Positions 28,349 to 37,480 are shown, counted from the stretch's first letter. The stretch is DNA of 43,793 nucleotides from an uncultured Thiotrichaceae bacterium (GCA_964421315.1 CAYQXD010000004.1:1-43793), one strand, 5' to 3'. The notes: generated from the letters alone by a model not told the origin. Numbers and translations: made by a program.

Positions 28349-28662
28349 TTATCCACAGGGTTTGTCTTGTGTTAAATAGAGTTAAATAAGTGTTAGTAGT
28401 GTTAAGACAAAAAAAACGCCTGTAAGTAATTGAAAAACCAATAAAAATAAAAACATGAGGTGTGTAAAACCCCGAAAATCGGTGTGTAAAACCCCGAAAA
28501 TCGGTGTGTAAAACCCCGAAGTTTGGTGTGTAAAACCCCGAAGTACATGTAGCGGTTATCAACAGGCAATTTCAGCCCTAAATATTCATCGGTGTGTAAA
28601 ACCCCGAAAACTTGACATTGGTGTGTAAAACCCCGAATATCAGCGGTGTGTAAAACCCCGAA
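28349..28662 (+). repeat. Plasmid oriV: DnaA boxes, AT-rich region and 7 iterons
   Basis: GGTGTGTAAAACCCCGAA at 28459, 28481, 28503, 28525 (22-bp period), 28591, 28620, 28645; TTATCCACA at 28349 and TTATCAACA at 28556. Confidence 0.93.
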
Positions 28663-28673
28663 AAGGATGTTGT

Positions 28674-29708
28674 ATGTCTATTAATACATTACTGCCAGAA
28701 AAACACCCACAGAACGACCTGTTTATCTGTGACGTAGCTGACGCTGTTTTAAAAGACATCATGCCGCAAATGGAACACCCGTTTTATTCGCTCTCTAAAA
28801 AGCCAGATACACAGATTAGACGCTACGAACATAATGGAAGCTGGTTAGAGATTACGCCAAGCGTTAAAGGTATGGCAACCATATATGATAAGGACATATT
28901 GATATATGCAATATCGCAAATAGTCGCGAAACTCAATCGTGGTGAAAAAATACAACAACGTGTAAAAATTAATTGTCACGAAGTTTTAATGTTTACAAAT
29001 CGAGGCACTGCAGGCAAAGACTATCTTTCACTAATAGAAGCCATTGACAGGCTTGCTGGTACTCGCATTAGTACCAACATAAGCGCTGGTGATGAAGAAG
29101 AATATAATAATTTTGGATTAATTGATCAGGGGTCTATTCGTCGCAAAAATGGGCTAAATGGTCGATTATTATGGGTTGAGCTTAAATTATCTGATTGGGT
29201 ATTTGATGCTATCAGTAATGCAAAAGTACTGACGCTACACAGAGACTACTTTCGTCTGCGTAAACCGATTGAAAGGCGGGTATATGAGATTGCAAGAAAG
29301 CAATGCGGCAATCAAAAAAGCTGGTCAATCAGATTAGAGCTATTACTTAAAAAATCAGGCTCGAAAAGTAGACTTAAAGAATTTAGACGATCGATTAAAG
29401 AAATATGTAAAACAGACCATTTGCCTGATTATAGTATTTACTTAGACGGATCAAACGATCAAGTCACGTTTACTAATCGGATGAAATATAAACAAAAAGG
29501 GAAGTTGCAACGCCCATCATTCAGTAGTACTAACATCTATGAAACCGCAAAAAAATACACTGGTGGTGAGGATGTATATGCCTGGGAGAACGACTGGATT
29601 AATTACTGGATAGAGTCAGGAAGCCCAACTTTACAAAACCCAGATGCCGCATTCATAGGATTTTGTAAAAGTCGTTATGTAAAAAATAAGCAACTGAGTT
29701 TAATTTAA
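28674..29708 (+). CDS. repA: Replication initiator protein A (RPA family)
   Basis: MEHPFYSLSKKPD, GMATIYDKDILIY, L.RLAGT.I.TN, LSDW, DYFRLRKPIERR.YEIARK.CG.Q. Confidence 0.93.
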   Translation: MSINTLLPEKHPQNDLFICDVADAVLKDIMPQMEHPFYSLSKKPDTQIRRYEHNGSWLEITPSVKGMATIYDKDILIYAISQIVAKLNRGEKIQQRVKINCHEVLMFTNRGTAGKDYLSLIEAIDRLAGTRISTNISAGDEEEYNNFGLIDQGSIRRKNGLNGRLLWVELKLSDWVFDAISNAKVLTLHRDYFRLRKPIERRVYEIARKQCGNQKSWSIRLELLLKKSGSKSRLKEFRRSIKEICKTDHLPDYSIYLDGSNDQVTFTNRMKYKQKGKLQRPSFSSTNIYETAKKYTGGEDVYAWENDWINYWIESGSPTLQNPDAAFIGFCKSRYVKNKQLSLI

Positions 29709-29712
29709 AATA

Positions 29713-29729
29713 GTGTGTAAAACCCCGAA
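29713..29729 (+). repeat. Eighth iteron immediately after the repA stop
   Basis: GTGTGTAAAACCCCGAA, same orientation as the oriV iterons. Confidence 0.9.
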
Positions 29730-29818
29730 GTGAACATAAAAAACCTAATTAAAACGATGATGCACTTTTACTTCATGGATAGTATAATATCCTCATTATG
29801 AAAAATGAGGGCTAATAT

Positions 29819-30100
29819 ATGTTGTGTCGTTATCATATTTGGTTTGGAAAAAAACGTACCACTATCACGGTAGATACTATTCTATCTGAAATGATGGCAA
29901 TTAAACTGGGGGGATTACCTGGCACAAAGGAGGCACATCGAGCCGTCAGATTATGGCTACAGGATACTTTAGTATCCACATTAGGCAACTATGAAGGTCG
30001 TAATGATGCAAGCCAGTGGGCAAGGCAATATTTAATCAGAGCTATTTCGGATAGTAAAATATCCAAAAAATGGGAAGACTGGAAATACGAGCTTGATTAG
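29819..30100 (+). CDS. Small putative RHH protein; paralog of 2657..2935
   Basis: See paralog; both are preceded by GGATA-N6-TATCC. Confidence 0.75.
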   Translation: MLCRYHIWFGKKRTTITVDTILSEMMAIKLGGLPGTKEAHRAVRLWLQDTLVSTLGNYEGRNDASQWARQYLIRAISDSKISKKWEDWKYELD

Positions 30101-30124
30101 GAAAAGAGACTTTTTAATACATCC

Positions 30125-30568
30125 ATGAAAAATAACAATGCTTACCGTTTAGTCATTACATTATTTTGTTTAATGCTGCTAACGGTGAATAGCCATGCAA
30201 AGGAATACAATACGCTCTTCGTAACAGAAGTGACCAGTGTTTTTGATGCAGATACTTTTCGCGTTAACATCAAAGATGTTCCGCCGATAATAGGGCAGAG
30301 AATGCCCGTGCGTATACTAGGCGTGGATGCGCCAGAAATCAGAGGCAAGTGCCAGGCTGAGAAAGTAAAAGCTCGATTGGCCAAACAATTTACGGTAGAA
30401 CAATTACGCTCCGCTAAAATCATTGAACTTCGCAATGTTCGGCGTGGTAAATATTTTAGATTGTTGGCGAATGTTTATATTGATGGTAAAAATTTAGCTG
30501 ATAGCCTGATCCAGGCGGGACATGCTAGAGCGTATGAAGGTGGGAAGCGTCAGGGCTGGTGTCAATAA
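30125..30568 (+). CDS. Secreted thermonuclease (SNase-like)
   Basis: Signal peptide; VFDADTF, VRILGVDAPE, KYFRLLANVY, L...GHA..Y.GG. Confidence 0.92.
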   Translation: MKNNNAYRLVITLFCLMLLTVNSHAKEYNTLFVTEVTSVFDADTFRVNIKDVPPIIGQRMPVRILGVDAPEIRGKCQAEKVKARLAKQFTVEQLRSAKIIELRNVRRGKYFRLLANVYIDGKNLADSLIQAGHARAYEGGKRQGWCQ

Positions 30569-30641
30569 AAAAATTACGGTTATGACTTCTCTTCAAAATT
30601 TATTAAAAACATATCGTCAGGTTTCCCAGTCAGAATGCGAA

Positions 30642-30745
30642 AATTGTAACGGAGTTATACAGAGCTGACTATCTCTGTTAGCCGAGCCGCTGTATGTCTA
30701 CCTGAAATCCGGAGTTTTGCGGCGCTGTAGGTTTAACTGTTATAA
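30642..30745 (+). other. attI: attI-2, second integron attachment site with no adjacent integrase
   Basis: 30642..30742 is the reverse complement of 844..944 with 4 mismatches in 101 bp. Identity stops at the core (G|TTA). Core GTTATAACCT is the exact complement of AGGTTATAAC at the attC at 33621. Confidence 0.9.
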
Positions 30746-30783
30746 CCTTTAAGGACACTTTGCTATGAAAATGGAACAGAATA

Positions 30784-31851
30784 ATGAACAGTAATCCACT
30801 TGGCATCCCTCAAAGAGAAAGAACTGGATCTAGTACGTTTGGAAAATATGAATACCAATACCACTGGGCTTTATGCCGTATTATCGACGAACAAAGAAAT
30901 ACACGTGAATATGCAATTTTCATGGAGCTACATGAAGACGTTGTCTTAGCTGACTCACTTGATTCCGATACTGCCATGTTTGAGTTTAATCAAGTCAAAA
31001 ATATAGGTAGTCCAAAATATAACATCACTAACTTAACAAAAAGAAAGAATGGAAAAGGGTCAATATTAGGAAAACTTATTTCATCGGCAATAAATAAACC
31101 ATTTAGTAAAAGTATTTCTACAGTAAATTTGGTTGCGTCATGTGGGTTTAATATTGACTTGATTGATAATAGCCTTAATTTGGATGTTATTACTGTTGGA
31201 GATTTGAGTGATAAGTCGGTGGAAACCCTCAAATCATCACTTAAGAATGAGTTGGGTTCTGATGACTTTCCTGACAACCTTAGATTCATCGTTCCAAGCC
31301 TAAGCATTACGGATCAACAGGATTCAGTAATAGGAAAAATATCAACATTAATTTCGGATATTTTCCCGGGAAGTCACTGTAATGCAGAATATATTTATCG
31401 AACATTAATTGATGAATTACACCGAAAAGGTGCCGTCTTATATGATTATAGTAAGTGGGATGATTTGTTAGAAAATAAAGCGCTTACATCAACGAAAGTA
31501 ACAAAAGCTATTAGCGCACATATTAGCTTGAAAGATATACAGGCAGTATTGCAAGAAGCAAGTGAAATAGCTGAAGAACTTGGCTTGTCATACTTACTAC
31601 AAAGAAGAATGCGTAAAAATATTGAAGGAATTCATATTCAGTCTATTGGGTTTCCAACTTCAATAAAGCTAAAAATTCGTGAATCAATATGCATAGCGAT
31701 AACGTCTATAGCTACAAATAAATCAATAGAATTGGTTGATATTATTAGTGGCGTTGAATCATTACTTCCTGATAAAACTAAAGCACAAATAGGAAGTAAT
31801 GAAATCGTTCGGGACCACATTATTTATGAAATTATTATGGGGGAAGTGTGA
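30784..31851 (+). CDS. lmuA: Lamassu effector LmuA, Cap4/DUF4297-type dsDNA nuclease
   Basis: RE..GS....KYEYQYHWAL, ELHEDV, FNQVK PD-(D/E)xK-type motif; followed by an SMC-like ATPase. Confidence 0.85.
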   Translation: MNSNPLGIPQRERTGSSTFGKYEYQYHWALCRIIDEQRNTREYAIFMELHEDVVLADSLDSDTAMFEFNQVKNIGSPKYNITNLTKRKNGKGSILGKLISSAINKPFSKSISTVNLVASCGFNIDLIDNSLNLDVITVGDLSDKSVETLKSSLKNELGSDDFPDNLRFIVPSLSITDQQDSVIGKISTLISDIFPGSHCNAEYIYRTLIDELHRKGAVLYDYSKWDDLLENKALTSTKVTKAISAHISLKDIQAVLQEASEIAEELGLSYLLQRRMRKNIEGIHIQSIGFPTSIKLKIRESICIAITSIATNKSIELVDIISGVESLLPDKTKAQIGSNEIVRDHIIYEIIMGEV

Positions 31852-32006
31852 GTTCAGATAATTACAAATTATTAATAAGAAACTTGAGGAAGAATAGACA
31901 TGAAGAGCTTAAAATTCAAACGATTAGTTCTAGTGTCAGATACGACAAAGTCCGCGAATCAGTTCAAGTTTCAAGAAAGATTCAACCTGATCACGGGGAG
32001 AAATAA
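31848..32006 (+). CDS. Possible 52-aa overlapping ORF, candidate LmuC (not in the ORF track)
   Basis: GTG overlaps the lmuA stop (GTGA); MSSDNYKLLIRNLRKNRHEELKIQTISSSVRYDKVRESVQVSRKIQPDHGEK; overlaps lmuB by 107 nt. Confidence 0.35.
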   Translation: MSSDNYKLLIRNLRKNRHEELKIQTISSSVRYDKVRESVQVSRKIQPDHGEK

Positions 32007-33654
32007 TAGTATTGGGAAATCGTCCTTAGTAAAAAATATATTTTGGGCTCTTGGTTGTGAGCCGGAGTTTGATGAAACCTGGAATTCGCTCGATTGCAAG
32101 GTGCTTTTAGAGTTTACAGTCGAAACAAAGAATTACTCAGTCCTTAGAGTGCATAATTCAATAACCTTTAGTGATGATGGTGAAAAATTTTATAAGTTTG
32201 GAAAAATAACAGGTGAGTTTTCCAAAGTTTTTTCTGAAATAGTTGATTTCAAGGCGCGGCTTCCAAATAGAGGGGATGATCCAGTCCTTGAGACTCCGCC
32301 ACCTGCATACTACTTTCTACCATTCTATATTGATCAGTTACGTAGTTGGACATCACCTTGGAATTCATTTCAAAATTTGGCGCAGTATGCACGCTGGAAG
32401 CAGCCAATAGTAAAATACCATACTGGTTATTTATCTCCCGAGCACTTTGAAATAGAAGAAGATATATTTGAATATGAGGCAGAAAAAAAAGAAGCTAATG
32501 AAGAGGTTAAGAAAATAAATACGGCTATAGAGATAGTTGAAAAATATATACCTAAGAGTAATTTAGCAATCACAACCGAAGAATTCGAAGTAATAACAAA
32601 TGAAGTTAAAGAGGAGCTTGGTAATTTAGCAGAGCAGCAAGAAATATTACTTAGCAACTTAAGCGATGTTCAATCATCAAAATATCATCTAGAGAATCAA
32701 CTGGAAATCGCAATAAGAGCTGTCATAGAGATTGAGGATGATTACCGGTTTTCAGTTGAGTATATTGAAAATGACGAACTTGAGTGTCCTCTCTGTGGAA
32801 CGGTTCATGATAATTCACTTGTAAGTAGAGCATCTATTCTTTCTGATAAGCAACAGGCAGAAGATCAGGTACAATTTATACAGCAAGAAATAAATACATT
32901 AGGTGTGACAATAGATAAATTACAGCCACAGTTAGAAAAGGCGAGGAACCGTATTGCTGAGATTAATAATAAATATGATAAGAATATTAACAAAAATACA
33001 AAATATAATTTAACAGAAATAGTTGATAGTTTCGCATCGCAATCAGTACAGAGAAACGTTGAAGAAACCAAGGCAGAAAAACAGGCTTTACATAAAAATA
33101 GAAGTGATAAGCAGAAAGAGCTTAGAAAGGAGCAAAAAGGGCTCCTGACAAACGATAGAAAACAGGGGCTTGGTGATTTCTTTACAGGGCTAATTACGGA
33201 GTTCATTGGAAAGCTAAATGCTAAAGGTGTAAATCTTAGCAAAGTTAAACATCCAATGGATTACAATAAGCTCTTTGGCAGTGGTGGAGCTGCCGAAGGT
33301 ACAAGAGCTGCTCTTGCATATCAAATGACAGTATTTAGACAGATCTACTATTCTAATAATGAGATTCCCGCTCCATTGGTTATTGATACTCCAAATCAAC
33401 AAGAACAGGCCATTCAAAACTATGAACGTATTATTGAACTTATCTTAGAAGATACTCCTAATCAAAGCCAGGTTATACTCTGTGGTATGGATAATAAATA
33501 TTTAGACCCGTATAAAGATAGGGCAAATATTATTTGTCTTGATGAGAATAAATTGCTGAAAAAGAATGGTTATAAGGAATTGAGCAAAGAACTCTCGCTG
33601 ATAACTGAATCTGCAAAAAAAGGTTATAACAATGCCATTAACTCGGACAGTTAA
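31900..33654 (+). CDS. lmuB: Lamassu SMC/Rad50-like sensor ATPase LmuB
   Basis: Walker A GRNNSIGKS, coiled coils around zinc hook CPLCG, Walker B PLVIDTPNQQEQ. Confidence 0.88.
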   Translation: MKSLKFKRLVLVSDTTKSANQFKFQERFNLITGRNNSIGKSSLVKNIFWALGCEPEFDETWNSLDCKVLLEFTVETKNYSVLRVHNSITFSDDGEKFYKFGKITGEFSKVFSEIVDFKARLPNRGDDPVLETPPPAYYFLPFYIDQLRSWTSPWNSFQNLAQYARWKQPIVKYHTGYLSPEHFEIEEDIFEYEAEKKEANEEVKKINTAIEIVEKYIPKSNLAITTEEFEVITNEVKEELGNLAEQQEILLSNLSDVQSSKYHLENQLEIAIRAVIEIEDDYRFSVEYIENDELECPLCGTVHDNSLVSRASILSDKQQAEDQVQFIQQEINTLGVTIDKLQPQLEKARNRIAEINNKYDKNINKNTKYNLTEIVDSFASQSVQRNVEETKAEKQALHKNRSDKQKELRKEQKGLLTNDRKQGLGDFFTGLITEFIGKLNAKGVNLSKVKHPMDYNKLFGSGGAAEGTRAALAYQMTVFRQIYYSNNEIPAPLVIDTPNQQEQAIQNYERIIELILEDTPNQSQVILCGMDNKYLDPYKDRANIICLDENKLLKKNGYKELSKELSLITESAKKGYNNAINSDS

Positions 33655-33713
33655 AAGCGTCGTTTCGCTGCGCTGCACTTTGCTTTTAACTGCCGGTTAT
33701 GGCGGCGTTATGC
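33624..33713 (+). other. attC: attC site (90 bp) closing the Lamassu cassette
   Basis: R'' TTATAAC; GCCATtAACtCGGaCAGTTAAAAGC pairs with GCTTTTAACTGCCGGTTATGGC with extrahelical bases; R' GTTATGC. Confidence 0.93.
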
Positions 33714-33737
33714 CCATTCAACATATAGGAATACTAA

Positions 33738-34427
33738 GTGATTACAACAAACGTAATACATAGAGTTGTCCAAATAAAAATAAATGGAACAAGTGGAACC
33801 TGTTTTACATTTGAATTAGATAAAATGCAGTACATTATTACAGCTCGACATATCGCAAACAGTATTACGGGGAAACATGTAGTTGAAATTTTCCATGAGG
33901 ATCAATGGGAAAAAATGAATGTAAATTTGGTGGGACACGGTTTAGGTGATGTAGACATCACAGTATTATCGGCCGACGTTCAAGTTTCTCCCACTTACCC
34001 AATGGAACCCACCTCGAAATCAACTGCAATAAATTATGGTCAAGATGTATATTTCTTAGGCTTTCCGTATGGCATGTCCACTGAAGTAGGTGAAATCAAC
34101 AGTAATTTTCCACTTCCTTTCGTCAAAAAAGCGATTCTTTCTTGTTTGTATACAAATAAACGAAATGAGTACTTATTATACCTTGATGGTTACAATAACC
34201 CAGGTTTTTCGGGCGGGCCTGTTGTATATCTACCGGAAAATTCAACTAAGTTCTGTGTGGCATCCGTAATTTCTGGTTTTAGGTTCCAAAGGGAACCTAT
34301 ATTTCAAGGTGATCAAGCAATTCCTTTAGAATATAAACACAATACTGGAATAATTGTTACATACGGAATACAACATGCGATTGAATTGATAACAAACAAT
34401 CCAATAGGATATAAATTAGAGGCATAA
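33738..34427 (+). CDS. Trypsin-like serine protease (gene cassette)
   Basis: ITARH, DITVL, NNPGFSGGPV catalytic triad motifs; ends in GGCATAA, complementary to its entry core TTATGCC. Confidence 0.88.
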   Translation: MITTNVIHRVVQIKINGTSGTCFTFELDKMQYIITARHIANSITGKHVVEIFHEDQWEKMNVNLVGHGLGDVDITVLSADVQVSPTYPMEPTSKSTAINYGQDVYFLGFPYGMSTEVGEINSNFPLPFVKKAILSCLYTNKRNEYLLYLDGYNNPGFSGGPVVYLPENSTKFCVASVISGFRFQREPIFQGDQAIPLEYKHNTGIIVTYGIQHAIELITNNPIGYKLEA

Positions 34428-34441
34428 TCAAAAGTAATAAC

Positions 34442-37400
34442 ATGATTAAAGAACAACAGATCGAAAAAGCCTTAATTGACAAACTAAAAGATCTCAAATA
34501 CACCTATCGCGAAGATATTCGCGATAGGTGTACGCTTGAACAAAACTTCCGCGACAAGTTCGAGGCGCTTAACCGCGTCCATCTTACTGATTCAGAATTT
34601 GCCCGTCTGCGAGACGAAATCGTTAACGCGGATGTGTTCACCGCCGCCAAAACCCTGCGTGAACGCAATACCTTCCTGCGAGAAGACGGTACGCCGCTGC
34701 AATACACACTGGTCAATATCAAAGATTGGTGCAAAAATGAATTTGAAGTTATCAACCAGCTACGTATTAACACCGACAACAGCCATCATCGCTATGATGT
34801 GATTTTGCTCATTAATGGTGTACCCGTGGTACAAATTGAACTGAAAACGCTGGAAGTCACCCCACGCCGCGCCATGGAGCAAATTGTCGATTATAAAAAC
34901 GACTCCGGCAATGGCTACACTAATACGCTGTTGTGCTTTATGCAGCTGTTTATTGTGAGCAATCGAGCCAATACGTATTACTTCTCCAACAACCACAACC
35001 AGCACTTTAGCTTTAATGCGGACGAACGCTTTTTACCTGTCTATCAACTTGCCAACGAAGATAATACAAAAATCACCCATTTAGATGACTTTGCCGATCA
35101 CTTTCTTGCCAAATGCACATTAGGTCAAATGATCAGCCGCTATATGGTTTTGGTGGCCAGCGAGCAAAAACTGATGATGATGCGCCCCTACCAAATCTAT
35201 GCGGTTAAGGCGATTGTCGATTGTATCCATCAAAACCGGGGCAATGGCTATATCTGGCATACCACCGGCAGCGGTAAAACGCTCACATCGTTTAAAGCCT
35301 CCACACTGCTTAAAGACAACCCAGACATTGATAAATGCCTGTTTGTGGTTGACCGTAAAGACCTCGACCGCCAAACCCGTGAAGAATTCAACAAATTCCA
35401 GGAAGGCTGTGTCGAAGAAAATACCAACACCGAAACTTTGGTGCGGCGTATGCTTTCAGAAGACTATGCCGATAAAGTTATTGTTACTACTATTCAAAAA
35501 CTTGGCCTTGCTCTGGATGAAACCAGTAAACGAAATCAAGTCAATAAAAAACAAGGCAAGCAAACCTATAAAGAACGACTAGAGCCACTGCGCAACCAGC
35601 GTATTGTATTTATTTTTGATGAATGTCATCGCTCTCAATTTGGTGATAACCACCAAGCCATTAAATCGTTCTTTCCCAATGCTCAGTTATTTGGCTTTAC
35701 GGGCACACCTATTTTTCCCGAAAACGCCACATACAAAAAAATCGATGGCACACAAGCATCTTACAAAACCACCGAAGATATTTTCCAAAAAGAACTGCAC
35801 GCTTATACTATTACCCACGCCATAGAAGATCGCAATGTACTGCGATTTCATATCGACTACTTTGGTGAAAAACCGAAAGAGGTCGAGAAAAGCAAAGCCA
35901 AACCCAAAGCACCTGAAGCAAAAGCAGTTGTTAACGAGATTATCAATAAACACGATGCCGCCACCAACCAGCGCCGTTTTAACGCGACATTAGCCACAGC
36001 TTCCATTAACAACGCCATTGAATACTACGAACTATTCAAACAAGAACAAGCTAAAAAACAGGCCGAAGATGAAAATTATCAACCCTTAAATATTGCCTGT
36101 GTGTTTTCGCCACCGCCAAAGGCTCTTGCCAAAAACAGCGAGAAAACAAATGAAAAAAATGTGGCTGATATAAAACAGCTTCAAGAAGACTTGCCACAAG
36201 AAAAAGCCGACAATGAAGAAGCGCCAGAAGAAAAGAAAAAGGCACTTAAAGCCATCATTGCTGACTTCAACACTCAATACGGCACAAATCATAATATTAA
36301 CGAATTCGATCTATACTATCAGGACATACAGCAACGCATTAAAGACCAAAAATATACCAATAAAGATTACCCGCATAAAAACAAAATCGACATCGTGATT
36401 GTGGTGGATATGCTACTCACCGGTTTTGATTCTAAATATCTCAACACCCTGTATGTGGATAAAAACCTCAGGCACCATGGTTTGATTCAAGCCTTTTCAC
36501 GTACCAACCGCGTGCTTAACGATACCAAGCCCCATGGCATGATTCTGGATTTTCGTTATCAGGAATCCGCCGTTAATACCGCTATTGCCTTATTTTCAGG
36601 GGTAAATAAAGACAAGGCCAAAGAAATTTGGCTGGTTGACCCTGCGCCCGAAGTGATTAAACAATTAGACGATGCCGTCAGCAAACTTGAAAAGTTTATG
36701 GACTCGCAAGGCCTTGCTTGCACGCCCGAAGAAGTCAACAACCTCAAAGGCGATGCCGCACGGGGCGAATTTATTAACCACTTTAAAGAAGTGCAGCGCC
36801 TAAAAACCCAGCTTGATCAATACACCGACCTAAGCAACGAGCAAGTAGACAGTGTGAATGCGCGACTACCGGAAGATCAACTGCGTGGCTTCCGTGGTAT
36901 GTATCTGGAAACGGCGCAACGCCTAAAAGCACAACAAGGTAAGGGTGATGATCCCGATGACCCCGTGCAACAACTGGATTTTGAACTGGTTTTGTTTGCC
37001 TCGGCCGTCATTGACTACGACTACATCATGGGCTTAATTGCGAAATCTATCGACGACACACCCAGCAAGCAAAAAATGACCCGTAAGCAGCTAATTGACT
37101 TAATCAGCGCCAGTGCCAACCTGATGGATGAGCGCGACAATATAGTCGCCTATATTAACAGCCTGCCAGCCGGTAAAAGCCTGAACGAGAAAGCCATTCG
37201 CCAGGGCTATCAACAATTTAAAGCACAACAATCCGCCAAAGAACTCAATGCCCTTGCCGAGAAGCATGGGCTAACAAGTGAAGTCCTGCAAGGCTTTGTT
37301 GATGACATTATGGAGCGGATGATCTTCGATGGCGAACAGCTAAGTGACCTGTTCGCACCGCTGGAACTGAGCTGGAAAGCCCGTACCAAGGCAGAGCTGG

Positions 37401-37480
37401 CATTGATGGACGAGCTAGTGCCACTGCTTAAAAAGCTCGCTCAAGGGCGTGATATTTCGGGCTTGTCTGCGTATGAGTGA
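34442..37480 (+). CDS. hsdR: Type I restriction endonuclease subunit R
   Basis: RYDVILLINGVPVVQIELK, WHTTGSGKT, DECHRSQFG, GFTGTP, MLLTGFD, QAFSRTNR. Confidence 0.97.
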   Translation: MIKEQQIEKALIDKLKDLKYTYREDIRDRCTLEQNFRDKFEALNRVHLTDSEFARLRDEIVNADVFTAAKTLRERNTFLREDGTPLQYTLVNIKDWCKNEFEVINQLRINTDNSHHRYDVILLINGVPVVQIELKTLEVTPRRAMEQIVDYKNDSGNGYTNTLLCFMQLFIVSNRANTYYFSNNHNQHFSFNADERFLPVYQLANEDNTKITHLDDFADHFLAKCTLGQMISRYMVLVASEQKLMMMRPYQIYAVKAIVDCIHQNRGNGYIWHTTGSGKTLTSFKASTLLKDNPDIDKCLFVVDRKDLDRQTREEFNKFQEGCVEENTNTETLVRRMLSEDYADKVIVTTIQKLGLALDETSKRNQVNKKQGKQTYKERLEPLRNQRIVFIFDECHRSQFGDNHQAIKSFFPNAQLFGFTGTPIFPENATYKKIDGTQASYKTTEDIFQKELHAYTITHAIEDRNVLRFHIDYFGEKPKEVEKSKAKPKAPEAKAVVNEIINKHDAATNQRRFNATLATASINNAIEYYELFKQEQAKKQAEDENYQPLNIACVFSPPPKALAKNSEKTNEKNVADIKQLQEDLPQEKADNEEAPEEKKKALKAIIADFNTQYGTNHNINEFDLYYQDIQQRIKDQKYTNKDYPHKNKIDIVIVVDMLLTGFDSKYLNTLYVDKNLRHHGLIQAFSRTNRVLNDTKPHGMILDFRYQESAVNTAIALFSGVNKDKAKEIWLVDPAPEVIKQLDDAVSKLEKFMDSQGLACTPEEVNNLKGDAARGEFINHFKEVQRLKTQLDQYTDLSNEQVDSVNARLPEDQLRGFRGMYLETAQRLKAQQGKGDDPDDPVQQLDFELVLFASAVIDYDYIMGLIAKSIDDTPSKQKMTRKQLIDLISASANLMDERDNIVAYINSLPAGKSLNEKAIRQGYQQFKAQQSAKELNALAEKHGLTSEVLQGFVDDIMERMIFDGEQLSDLFAPLELSWKARTKAELALMDELVPLLKKLAQGRDISGLSAYE

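Noticed and set aside
28326-28562. 78-aa ORF with repeated GFYTP
   Set aside because: Translation artefact of the iterons.
28459-28662. Repeat array as CRISPR
   Set aside because: 18-bp units mostly separated by 4-11 bp, next to repA and DnaA boxes, with no cas genes; these are iterons.
33738-34427. Protease as the effector of a protease-type Lamassu
   Set aside because: Separated from lmuB by a complete attC, and lmuA already supplies a nuclease effector.
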